Virus record (IMG/VR): IMGVR_UViG_3300036770_003657
Span: 124,001-188,000 of that record
Strand: one strand, 5' to 3'
Length of the DNA stretch: 64,000 bases
In this document: positions 10,501 through 22,500 of the stretch, piece by piece
How positions within the stretch are numbered: position 1 is the first letter of the stretch
How the letters are laid out: each line of letters starts with the position of its first letter
Translations under genes and position numbers: made by a program
Notes under the pieces: generated by a model
The model's input: only the letters and a program-made list of their open reading frames with translations
The model's database searches: none
Told to the model about the DNA's origin: nothing

Positions 10501-13500
10501 AAGGTGTACAAGGTGTACAGGGTGTACAAGGTGTACAGGGCGTTCAAGGTGTACAGGGCGTACAGGGTGTACAGGGCGTACAGGGTGTCCAAGGTGTACA
10601 GGGTGTACAGGGTGTACAGGGTGTACAAGGTGTACAAGGCGTTCAAGGTGTACAAGGCGTTCAAGGTGTTCAAGGTATACAAGGTGTACAAGGTGTACAA
10701 GGTGTACAGGGTGTACAAGGTGTACAAGGTGTACAAGGCGTTCAAGGTGTCCAAGGTGTCCAAGGCGTTCAAGGTGTCCAAGGTGTACAGGGTGTACAAG
10801 GTGTACAGGGTGTACAAGGTGTCCAAGGTGTCCAAGGTGTACAGGGTGTACAGGGTCAGCAAGGTATTCAAGGTCTTGGATTTAATTGGCGTGGAGACTG
10901 GAAAGTAGATGAAGTATATGCCAAGAACGATGCTGTAAGGTATGATGGAACATCTTGGGTTTCTCTAACAAAAGATAATATAGGTAATAACCCAAGGCTT
11001 ACAGAAGGTGTTGAATGGGACGTAATTGCTGCACAGGGTGTACAGGGTGTTCAAGGTATTCAAGGTGTACAGGGCGTACAGGGCGTACAAGGTGTACAAG
11101 GCGTTCAAGGTGTACAGGGTGTTCAAGGCATTCAAGGATTCAGCTTTGTTTGGAGAGGTGAATACGATCACACAGCTGATTATCAACAGAATGATGTAGT
11201 TTATTATAATGGCAGTAGTTTTGTAGCTATTTGGCCAATTAATTTTTATGATGTCATTGGTAGCCAATTCAGTGGTGAAGTACCAGAAGTTATCGGAGTA
11301 TACGGTGAGCCAGGAACATTAAACAGTACATATTGGGCAAGAATGTCAGCTCAGGGCGTACAAGGTGTACAGGGTGTACAAGGCGTACAGGGTGTACAAG
11401 GTGTACAGGGTGTACAAGGCGTACAGGGTGTACAAGGTGTACAGGGTGTACAAGGTGTACAGGGCGTACAAGGTGTACAGGGCGTACAAGGTGTACAGGG
11501 TGTTCAAGGTGTACAAGGTGTACAAGGCGTTCAAGGCGTACAGGGTGTACAAGGAGTACAAGGTGTACAAGGTGTACAAGGCGTTCAAGGCAATCAAGGT
11601 GTACAGGGCGTTCAAGGCGTACAAGGTGTACAAGGCGTACAAGGCGTACAAGGTGTCCAAGGTGTACAAGGCGTTCAAGGCGTTCAAGGCGTACAAGGTG
11701 TACAAGGTGTACAAGGTGTACAGGGTGTACAAGGTGTACAGGGCGTTCAAGGCGTGCAAGGTGTACAAGGTGTACAGGGTGTTCAAGGTGTACAAGGTGT
11801 ACAAGGTGTACAAGGTGTACAAGGCGTACAGGGTGTACAGGGTATACAGGGTGTCCAAGGTGTCCAAGGCGTACAGGGTATACAAGGTTTTGGTATTATT
11901 TGGCGTGGATATTACGACTTCAATACTACATATTTCCAAAACGAAGTTGTTTTCTATGATGGAAATAGTTGGATAGTAAAATACACTGGAGTAGAAGGTG
12001 TTCCTACAGGTATCAGTAATCCAGCAGCAGTTCCTGGACCAACCGATATTGATACTTGGTGGGAAAGATTAAGTAGCCAAGGTATTCAAGGTTTACAAGG
12101 CGTTCAAGGTGTACAAGGTGTACAAGGCGTTCAAGGTGTACAAGGCGTTCAAGGTGTACAGGGTGTACAGGGTGTACAAGGTGTACAAGGCGTACAGGGT
12201 GTACAGGGCGTTCAAGGCGTTCAAGGTGTACAGGGCGTACAAGGCGTACAGGGTGTACAAGGTGTACAAGGCGTACAAGGCGTACAAGGTGTACAAGGCG
12301 TACAAGGTGTACAAGGCGTTCAAGGTGTACAAGGTGTACAAGGCGTTCAAGGCGTACAAGGCGTTCAAGGCGTACAAGGCGTACAAGGTGTACAGGGTGT
12401 ACAAGGCGTCCAAGGCGTTCAAGGCGTCCAAGGCGTACAAGGTGTACAAGGCGTACAGGGTGTACAAGGCGTACAGGGTGTACAAGGTGTCCAGGGTATC
12501 CAAGGTATACAAGGCGGACAGGGTATACAAGGCGTACAGGGCGTTCAAGGTGTACAAGGTGTACAAGGCGTACAGGGTGTACAAGGCGTACAGGGTGTAC
12601 AAGGCGTACAGGGTGTACAGGGCGTACAGGGTGTACAAGGCGTACAGGGTGTACAAGGCGTACAGGGTGTACAAGGCGTTCAAGGCGTACAGGGCGTTCA
12701 AGGTGTCCAAGGTGTACAGGGTGTACAGGGTGTACAAGGTGTCCAAGGTGTACAGGGTGTACAAGGTGTACAAGGTGTACAGGGTGTACAAGGTGTCCAA
12801 GGTGTACAAGGACAACAAGGTATTCAAGGCGGCGGTGTAACTTGGAAAGGCATTTGGAATTCAACAACTAATTACATTGAAAATGATGCAGTATTTTACA
12901 ATGGTAATTCTTGGATCAGCGTATTAGAACCAAATATAGATAATGTACCTAATTTAATGTCAATTTATTGGGACATGCTTGCTAGCCAAGGTATTCAAGG
13001 CTTGCAAGGCGTACAGGGTGTACAGGGTGTACAGGGCGTTCAAGGTGTACAGGGCGTTCAAGGTGTACAGGGCGTTCAAGGTGTACAGGGCGTTCAAGGC
13101 GTACAGGGTGTACAGGGCGTACAAGGTGTACAGGGTGTACAGGGTGTACAGGGTGTACAGGGTGTACAGGGTGTACAGGGTGTACAGGGCGTACAGGGCG
13201 TACAGGGCGTACAGGGCGTACAAGGTGTACAGGGTGTACAGGGTGTACAAGGTGTACAAGGCGTACAAGGCGTACAGGGCGTTCAAGGTGTACAGGGCGT
13301 ACAGGGCGTTCAAGGTGTACAAGGTGTACAGGGTATTCAAGGTGTACAGGGTATTCAAGGTGTAGGATTAATATGGAAAGGTCAGTGGAGTGATTCAGTA
13401 TCTTACATAGCCAACGACATTGTATTTTACGATGGCAGTGCTTATATTTCAGTTCAGTCAACTAACCTAAATAATAATCCAACAATTGAAGATAGATCAA

Positions 13501-16500
13501 CTGAATTTACAACGCCTGGAACTTATACTTGGATAGCACCTCCAGGAGTTACCAGTGTAAGTGCTGTAGCAGTTGGTGGTGGATCTAGACCACAAATAAT
13601 AGGTAGTGGATTCAGCGCCAAGAGTTATGGTGGTGGCGGTGGTGGTTTAGGTTATAAGAATAATATACCAGTCGTTCCTGGCCAAGCTTATACAGTAGTA
13701 GTTGGTAGTGGAGCAGCCACAGGCACATATGGTGATGGTGGTGATAGCTACTTTATCAGTTCAATTACAGTAAAAGGTGGCGGAGCTACTGGCAGCACAG
13801 GTGGTACTTATGTAGGTGATGGCGGTGGTAGCGGTGGTAACGGTGGTGCACCAAACGGAAATTCAAGTGGCGGCGCAGGTGATGGCAGTGCTACATCAGG
13901 TGGTGGTGGTGGTGCAGGTGGTTATAGTGGCAACGGTGGCGTTGGCGGAACTATGTTGGTTGACAGTGGTAATGGAGCCAATTTTGGTGCTAACGGCAGT
14001 GGTGGCGGTGGTGCTGGTGGTGGCGGAAGAAATAGTCACGGTGGCGGCGGTGGCGGTGGTGTTGGTATCTATGGCGAAGGAGACAGTGGACTTGCCAATA
14101 CTACTGCTTATGTACCAAACGTAGGTGGCTGGGGCGGCAATGGTGGTAGTGGTGGTACTACTGGTGGTACTGGAACTCAATCAGGTGTTAATGGTGGTGG
14201 CGGCCTATACGGTGGTGGTGCTGGTGGTGGCTGGGCTGGATATGGTGATGCTGCTGGTGGTGGTGCAGTAAGAATCATATGGGGTGCAGGACGTAGTTTC
14301 CCAAGCACAAACGTCAGTACTGCTAGTGATTTTGTTGAAACATCTACCAATGTTCAATACTGGCAGCGATTTACCAGTCAAGGTATACAGGGCGTACAAG
14401 GTCTTCAAGGTGTACAGGGCGTACAGGGCGTACAGGGCGTACAGGGCGTACAGGGTGTACAAGGCGTACAGGGTGTACAAGGCGTACAAGGTATCCAAGG
14501 TGTACAAGGTGTACAGGGTATCCAAGGTGTACAGGGTGTACAAGGTGTACAGGGTGTACAAGGTGTACAGGGTGTACAAGGTATACAGGGTGTACAAGGT
14601 ATACAGGGTGTACAGGGTGTACAGGGCGTACAGGGCGTACAGGGTGTACAGGGTGTACAAGGTATCCAAGGTGTAAGTATAACTTGGAAGGGAGTTTATG
14701 ATAATGCCGCTCAATATAGCCAAAATGACGTAGTATTTGAAAACGGCAGTAGTTGGATAGCAGTTTATCCATATACAAGTGGAACGTTTAGTGGCATAAG
14801 ACCAGGTGAAACAGTAGGTTGGATCACATATTGGAATATGATGACCAGCCAAGGTATTCAAGGTGTACAGGGTGTACAGGGTGTACAAGGTATTCAAGGT
14901 GTACAGGGTGTACAAGGTATTCAAGGTGTACAGGGTGTACAGGGTATACAAGGTGTACAAGGCGTACAAGGTATTCAAGGTGTCCAGGGTGTACAGGGTA
15001 TACAAGGTGTACAAGGCGTACAAGGTATTCAAGGTGTACAGGGTGTACAAGGTATTCAAGGTGTACAGGGTATCCAAGGTGTACAGGGTGTACAGGGTAT
15101 ACAAGGTGTACAGGGTGTACAGGGTATACAAGGTGTCCAGGGTGTACAGGGTGTACAGGGTATACAAGGTGTACAGGGTGTACAGGGTATTCAAGGTGTA
15201 CAGGGTGTACAGGGTATTCAAGGTGTACAAGGCGTACAAGGTATCCAAGGCGGTCAAGGTATTCAAGGTGTACAGGGTGTACAAGGTATCCAAGGCGTCC
15301 AAGGTGTACAAGGTATTCAAGGTGTACAGGGTGTACAAGGCATCCAAGGTGTACAAGGTGTACAAGGTATTCAAGGCGGTCAGGGTATACAAGGTGTACA
15401 AGGTATACAGGGTGTCCAAGGCATCCAAGGTGTACAAGGTATTCAAGGCTTCCAAGGCACCAAGGGTGAGGGCTTTACATTCTTGGGAGATTGGAGTCCT
15501 GTAACAGAATATATTAAGAATGACAGTGTATACTATAATGGTTCAAGCTATACAAGCACTTACGGTGATATAACATATGCTGGAGGTGGATTTGCTAATA
15601 TTAATCAACGTCCAGGTGAACTAGTAACAATATCAAATGTTAGCCTAACTGCTAGTGGTGTATTCAGTTGCGATAGTGTAAACCTATATAAAGCAGAAGT
15701 TATTAGAGTAAGTGGTACAGTTCCAGCAGGATTTACAATTGAGAATCCAGATAGTCCTGCTCAAGCTCCAACTTACTATACAGCTGGTCAACAAGTTGAT
15801 AATGATTATTATGTAATCACATATCCAAATAATCCAACTACAACCTTTACATTAGGACGTAGTCAATTCTCTGTAGATCCAATTAGTACAACTGGTACAG
15901 GCAGTTTAAGTGGGTTAACATTTAAGGCTGTTCCATGGTTAATTATTAGTGCTCAAGGTATTCAAGGATTACAAGGTGTACAAGGTATACAGGGTGTACA
16001 AGGTATACAGGGTGTACAAGGTATACAGGGCGTACAGGGTGTACAAGGTATACAAGGTGTACAAGGTGTACAAGGTATTCAAGGTGTACAAGGTATTCAA
16101 GGTGGTCAGGGCATACAAGGTGTACAAGGTATTCAAGGTGTACAAGGTATACAGGGTATTATTGGTACTCCAGGTGGTTATACAGCAAATTATAATTGGG
16201 ATAGTAGCACAGCAGTTGCCGATCCAGGTGTAGGTAATGTAACTATTGAGCGTAGTTGGACAGATCAAACTGCTGGTCAAGTTTATATCAATCTTGACAA
16301 GTATGACGCAGATGGACAAGATCGTGCAGCGTGGGTCAATGCTATCAAGTTCTTTGGTAGCGCAAGTAGCTACTATGGTGTTATTACAATTATGCCAGAA
16401 GGTGCTACAAATCAGCGCTGGACCGGTGTTATCACCGTAGTAAATGATCTCAGTACACATTTTAGACTACAGCTAACCTTTGTTGATAGTCAAGGATCAG

Positions 16501-19500
16501 CCCCAACAGTTGGACAAAAATTAGGCGTCAGCTTCCAGCCAGCTGGTCAACAGGGTATCCAAGGCGTACAAGGTATCCAAGGCGTACAAGGTATCCAAGG
16601 TGTACAAGGTGTACAAGGTATCCAAGGTGGTCAAGGCATCCAAGGTGTACAGGGTGTACAAGGTATACAAGGCGTACAAGGCGTACAAGGTATCCAAGGC
16701 GTACAAGGTATCCAAGGTGTACAGGGTGTACAGGGTATACAGGGTGTACAAGGCGTACAAGGCATACAAGGTGGTCAAGGCATACAAGGCGTACAGGGTG
16801 TACAGGGTATCCAAGGTGTACAAGGTGTACAGGGTATACAGGGCGTACAGGGTGTACAAGGTATCCAAGGTGGTCAAGGCATCCAAGGTGTACAGGGTGT
16901 ACAGGGTATACAGGGCGTACAGGGTGTACAAGGTATACAAGGTGGTCAAGGTATACAAGGTGTACAGGGTGTACAGGGTATACAGGGCGTACAGGGTGTA
17001 CAAGGTATCCAAGGTGTACAAGGTATACAGGGTATTCAAGGTTCAAGTATCACGTGGAGAGGCCAATACAGTCCAACAACTGTATACAATACAAACGACG
17101 TAGTATTTGAAAATGGTCAAAGCTGGGTTGGTGTAAGAGGTACAGGTAATAGTCAAACATTAACTAGTGTAGCACACAGCGGTAGTGGTGTGTTTACTTG
17201 TGCTGCTGCTACATTATTTGTTGGTGACCAAGTTACTGTAAGTGGAACAAATGGTGGCAACGTAGTATTACCAGGATACAGTGCTAGTGGTACAAATTAT
17301 TATATTATAGCTACAAATGGTACTACACAATTTACTTTAAGTACTACACTAAACGGATCTGCTGCTACAGCTACCACAGGTACTACAGTCAGTGGATCAA
17401 TGATATTTGTTGTACCAACAGGATTTGGAAATGTAAGACCTAACCTAACACAAACTAATCATTGGAACTTAATGACTAGCCAAGGTATCCAAGGTGTACA
17501 GGGTGTACAGGGTGTACAAGGTATCCAAGGTGTACAGGGTGTACAGGGTATACAAGGTGGTCAAGGCATACAGGGTGTACAAGGTGTACAGGGTGTACAA
17601 GGCATACAAGGTGGTCAAGGTATCCAAGGTGTACAAGGTATACAGGGCGTACAAGGTGTACAAGGTATCCAAGGTGTACAGGGTATTCAAGGTATTACTG
17701 GTTTAGGTATTACTTGGAAAGGAACTTGGACTAGTTCAACAGTTTACAATAGCAATGACGTAGTATTCTACAACGGCAATAGCTGGATTGGTGTACGTGG
17801 AACAGGTAACAGTGTAGCATTAAGTGGTGTAAGTATCGGGGCTAGTGGCGTAATATCCTGTACTGCTACAAGCTTGCCAGCAGGATTCCAAGTAGGTGAT
17901 CAAGTTCTAGTTGCAGGCATTAATAGTGGAACTGGTGCATTACCAAGTTACAGCGCCAGCGGCACTTACTATTATATTATAGCTACAAATGGTAGCACAC
18001 AATTTACCATAAGTACAACAGCTGGTGGTGCTGCTGCTAGTACAACTTCTGGTACTGTAAGTGGTGCAATGACCTTTACTGTAGCAACAGGTTTTGTCAA
18101 TGTCATTCCAAACTTAACTAATACAAACCACTGGAACCAAATGACCAGCCAAGGTATCCAAGGCATCCAAGGTGTACAAGGTGTACAGGGCATACAAGGT
18201 GTACAAGGTGTACAGGGTATACAAGGTGTACAAGGACGTCAAGGTGTACAGGGTGTACAAGGTATCCAAGGTGTACAAGGTGTACAAGGTATACAAGGTG
18301 GTCAAGGCATTCAAGGTGTACAGGGCGTACAAGGTATACAGGGTGTACAAGGACGTCAAGGTGTACAGGGTGTACAGGGCATACAGGGTGTACAAGGCGT
18401 ACAAGGTATACAGGGTGTACAAGGCGTACAAGGTATACAAGGTGGTCAAGGCATTCAAGGTGTACAGGGTGTACAAGGTATACAGGGTGTACAAGGTGTA
18501 CAAGGTATCCAAGGCGTACAGGGTCAGCAAGGTATTCAAGGTTCAGGCTTTAAGTGGCGTGGTGTTTGGGCTCCACAATTTGACTATGCTGTTAGTGATA
18601 TGGTATCACACTTGGGTAGCACATATGTTAGCTTAACTCAGTATCTTCCACAAACACTAGCAAATGTTCAAATTATATCTGCTGGTAAAATAACTTGTAA
18701 CACTCCAACTAATGCATTAAATCCAGGTGATGGTCTTTATGCTATAGGTGTTAAAACTGGAACAGGGTCTATAACTGGTTATAATAGTGCAGGAACAAAT
18801 TATTTCATAACAACAGTTAGCAATAATGCTGGCACTACTACATTAACTTTAAGTGCCAATTATAATCCGTATGTAACAGTTAGTACCACAGCAGGTACAA
18901 GCACTGGTATTACTTTCTACGCACCAACTTTTGTACCAACTAGCTTTACTAAAGATCAATATGATAATGGTCAATCAAGTGTAGGTGCTTGGCAGTTAGC
19001 AGGTTCACAGGGTATTCAGGGTGTACAAGGCGTACAAGGTGTACAAGGTATACAGGGCGTACAAGGTATACAGGGCGTACAAGGAGTACAGGGTATACAA
19101 GGTGTACAAGGTATACAGGGTATTCAAGGTGCAAGCCCAACTTGGAGAGGAACATATACAAGTGGTGTAGCATACAATACTAACGATATGGTATTCCATA
19201 ATGGTAATACATATATGGCCATTTATGGTACAGGTAATACTGTAGCATTAAGTGGTGTAAGTATTGGAGCTAATGGAACATTTACTTGTACAGCAGCAAG
19301 CCCAGCTCTTGTAGTTGGTAATGGTGTTAGAATCGTGGGCGCTGCCAGTGGTACTGGTAGTATTAGTGGTTACACAGAAGGTGCAACTTATTATATCACA
19401 GCTACAAACGGTAGTACAAGCTTTACTTTAAGTTCCACAATCGGCGGTGCAGCAGTAACAACTACTGCTGGTACAAGCACAGGATTAACATTCCAACATC

Positions 19501-22500
19501 CAGTAAGTTTTGCTAATCAAGTTCCAGCAACAGGTCAACCCCCAGTAGTTAATACAACTTACTGGAATCAGATGACCAGCCAAGGTATCCAGGGTGTACA
19601 GGGTGTACAGGGTGTACAAGGTATCCAAGGTGTACAAGGCGTACAAGGTATACAAGGTGGTCAAGGTATACAGGGTGTACAGGGTATACAGGGCGTACAA
19701 GGTATACAAGGTATTCAAGGCTTTAGTGTAACTTACAGAGGACAATACAATCCTGCTACAGTATACACACAGAACGATGTGGTATTTGAAAATGGACAAA
19801 GCTGGATTGCTATATGGCCAATTACAACAAGTACATTTAGTAATGTAAGACCAGGAGTAACAGCAGGTTGGGCTAACTATTGGGGCAACTTAACTAGCCA
19901 AGGTATACAGGGTGTACAAGGTGTACAAGGTGTACAAGGTATTCAAGGTGTACAAGGACGTCAAGGTGTACAAGGTATACAAGGTGTACAAGGCGTACAA
20001 GGTATTCAAGGTGTACAAGGTGTACAGGGTATACAGGGATTAAGTATCAATTGGAAAGGCCAGTTTAATCCTGCTACAGCATATAGTCAAAACGATGTAG
20101 TATTTGAAAACGGCGCAAGCTGGATAGCAAAATGGCCATATGCTAGTGGAACCTTTACAGGAATCAGACCAGGAGTAACAGTAGGCTGGGCTACATACTG
20201 GGATCAAATGACCAGCCAAGGTATCCAAGGTGTACAGGGTGTACAGGGTATCCAAGGTGTACAGGGTGTACAGGGTATCCAAGGTGTACAGGGTGTACAA
20301 GGTATACAGGGTGTACAAGGTGTACAAGGTATCCAAGGTGGTCAAGGTATACAAGGCGTACAAGGTATTCAAGGTGTACAAGGCGTACAAGGTATTCAAG
20401 GTGTACAGGGTGTACAAGGTATACAGGGCTTTAGTGTAACTTATAGAGGAATCTATAACAATGCTACAGTTTATACTCAAAATGATGTAGTATTTGAAAA
20501 TGGACAAAGTTGGATAGCAGTGTATCCAATTACAACAGGTACATTTAGTGGTCAACGTCCAAGTTTAGCAAATACAACATATTGGGGTCAATTAACAAGT
20601 CAAGGTATACAGGGTGTACAAGGTGTACAAGGTATACAAGGTGGTCAAGGTATCCAAGGTGTACAAGGTGTACAAGGTATACAGGGCGTACAAGGTGTAC
20701 AAGGTATCCAAGGTGTACAGGGTGTACAGGGTATACAGGGTGTACAAGGACGTCAAGGTGTACAGGGCATACAAGGTGTACAGGGTGTACAAGGTATACA
20801 AGGTGTACAAGGTGTACAAGGTATCCAAGGTGGTCAAGGTATCCAAGGCGTACAAGGTATTCAAGGTGTACAAGGTGTACAGGGTATCCAAGGATTTAGC
20901 GTAACTTACAGAGGAATATATAATAACGCCACAGTTTACACTCAAAATGATGTAGTATTTGAAAATGGACAAAGTTGGATAGCAGTATATCCAATAACTA
21001 GTGGAACATTTAGTGGTCAACGTCCAAGTTTAGCAAACACAACATATTGGGGTCAGTTAACAAGTCAGGGTATACAAGGTGTACAGGGTGTTCAAGGTAT
21101 TCAAGGTGGTCAAGGTATACAAGGTGTACAAGGTATACAAGGTATCCAAGGTGGTCAAGGTATTCAAGGTGTACAGGGTGTACAGGGTATACAGGGTGGA
21201 CAAGGTATTCAAGGTCGTCAAGGTATACAAGGTATCCAAGGTGGACAAGGTATACAGGGTATTCAAGGTGGTCAAGGTATCCAAGGTGTACAAGGTGTAC
21301 AAGGTATCCAAGGTGGACAAGGTATCCAAGGTGTACAAGGCGTACAAGGTATACAGGGTGGACAAGGTATACAAGGAGTACAGGGTGTACAAGGTATACA
21401 AGGTGGACAAGGTATTCAAGGTATCCAAGGTATCCAAGGATTTAGTGTTACATATCAAGGTGTATACAATAATGCTACAGTGTACACTCAAAATGATGTA
21501 GTATTTGAAAATGGACAAAGCTGGATTGCAATATATCCAGTAACAACAGGAACATTTAGTGGAATACGTCCAGGTGTAACAGTAGGTTGGGCTACATATT
21601 GGGGTAGATTAAGTCAACAAGGTATACAGGGTATACAGGGTGGACAAGGTATACAGGGTGTACAAGGTATCCAAGGTATCCAAGGTGGACAGGGCATACA
21701 GGGTGTACAAGGTATCCAAGGTATCCAAGGAGGCCAAGGTATTCAAGGTATCCAAGGTGGCCAAGGTATACAGGGTGTCCAAGGTGTTCAAGGTATACAG
21801 GGTGGACAAGGTATACAAGGTAGACAGGGTATACAGGGTCAACAAGGACTACAGGGTACACAGGGTCAACAAGGTATCCAAGGACAGCAAGGTACACAGG
21901 GTATACAGGGTCAACAAGGACTACAGGGTACACAAGGACAACAAGGTATCCAAGGTCAACAAGGTACACAGGGTATACAGGGTCAACAAGGATTACAGGG
22001 TACACAAGGACAACAAGGTATACAAGGTCAACAAGGTACACAGGGTATACAGGGTCAACAAGGTACACAAGGACTACAGGGTACACAAGGACAACAAGGT
22101 ATACAAGGACAGCAAGGTACACAGGGTATACAGGGACAACAAGGTACACAAGGTCAGCAAGGTATACAGGGTACACAAGGTCAGCAGGGGACACAAGGTG
22201 TTCAAGGATTCCAAGGATTCCAAGGTTATCAAGGTGTACAGGGTGAACAAGGTATACAGGGTGTACAAGGTATTCAAGGATTCCAAGGATTTATTGGTGA
22301 TCAAGGTACAACAGGTTCACAAGGTACAACAGGTGATACAGGCTTACAGGGATTACCAGGACCACAAGGTACAGATGGACAAACTGGAGCACAAGGTCCA
22401 CAAGGTCCACAAGGTTTAGATGGAACAATTGGAACATTAAGTTTAGCAACATTCAAGAGCGTAGTAGCAGGTGCCGCAAACTTCCAAGACTTCCAAACAG

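Noticed and set aside
20427-21068. Diversity-generating retroelement TR/VR pair
   Set aside because: Differences between the twin beads are synonymous and not adenine-specific; no reverse transcriptase in the window.
15246-21810. GGQ triplets as release-factor (HemK/PrmC substrate) mimics
   Set aside because: GGQ is just a Gly-X-Gln triplet variant; no release-factor context, and a triple helix would not present it that way.
5430-22220. CRISPR array
   Set aside because: Units are contiguous 9-bp coding repeats without unique spacers; the bead intervals are coding, homologous to each other and irregularly spaced; no cas genes.
4968-22419. Dozens of alternative-frame and antisense ORFs (VYKVYR.., TLYALY.., CTRCTG.., HLVHPV..)
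   Set aside because: Shadows of the 9-bp repeat, which lacks stops in several frames; they end at each bead and have no RBS or independent information. The Cys-rich ones are not metallothioneins.
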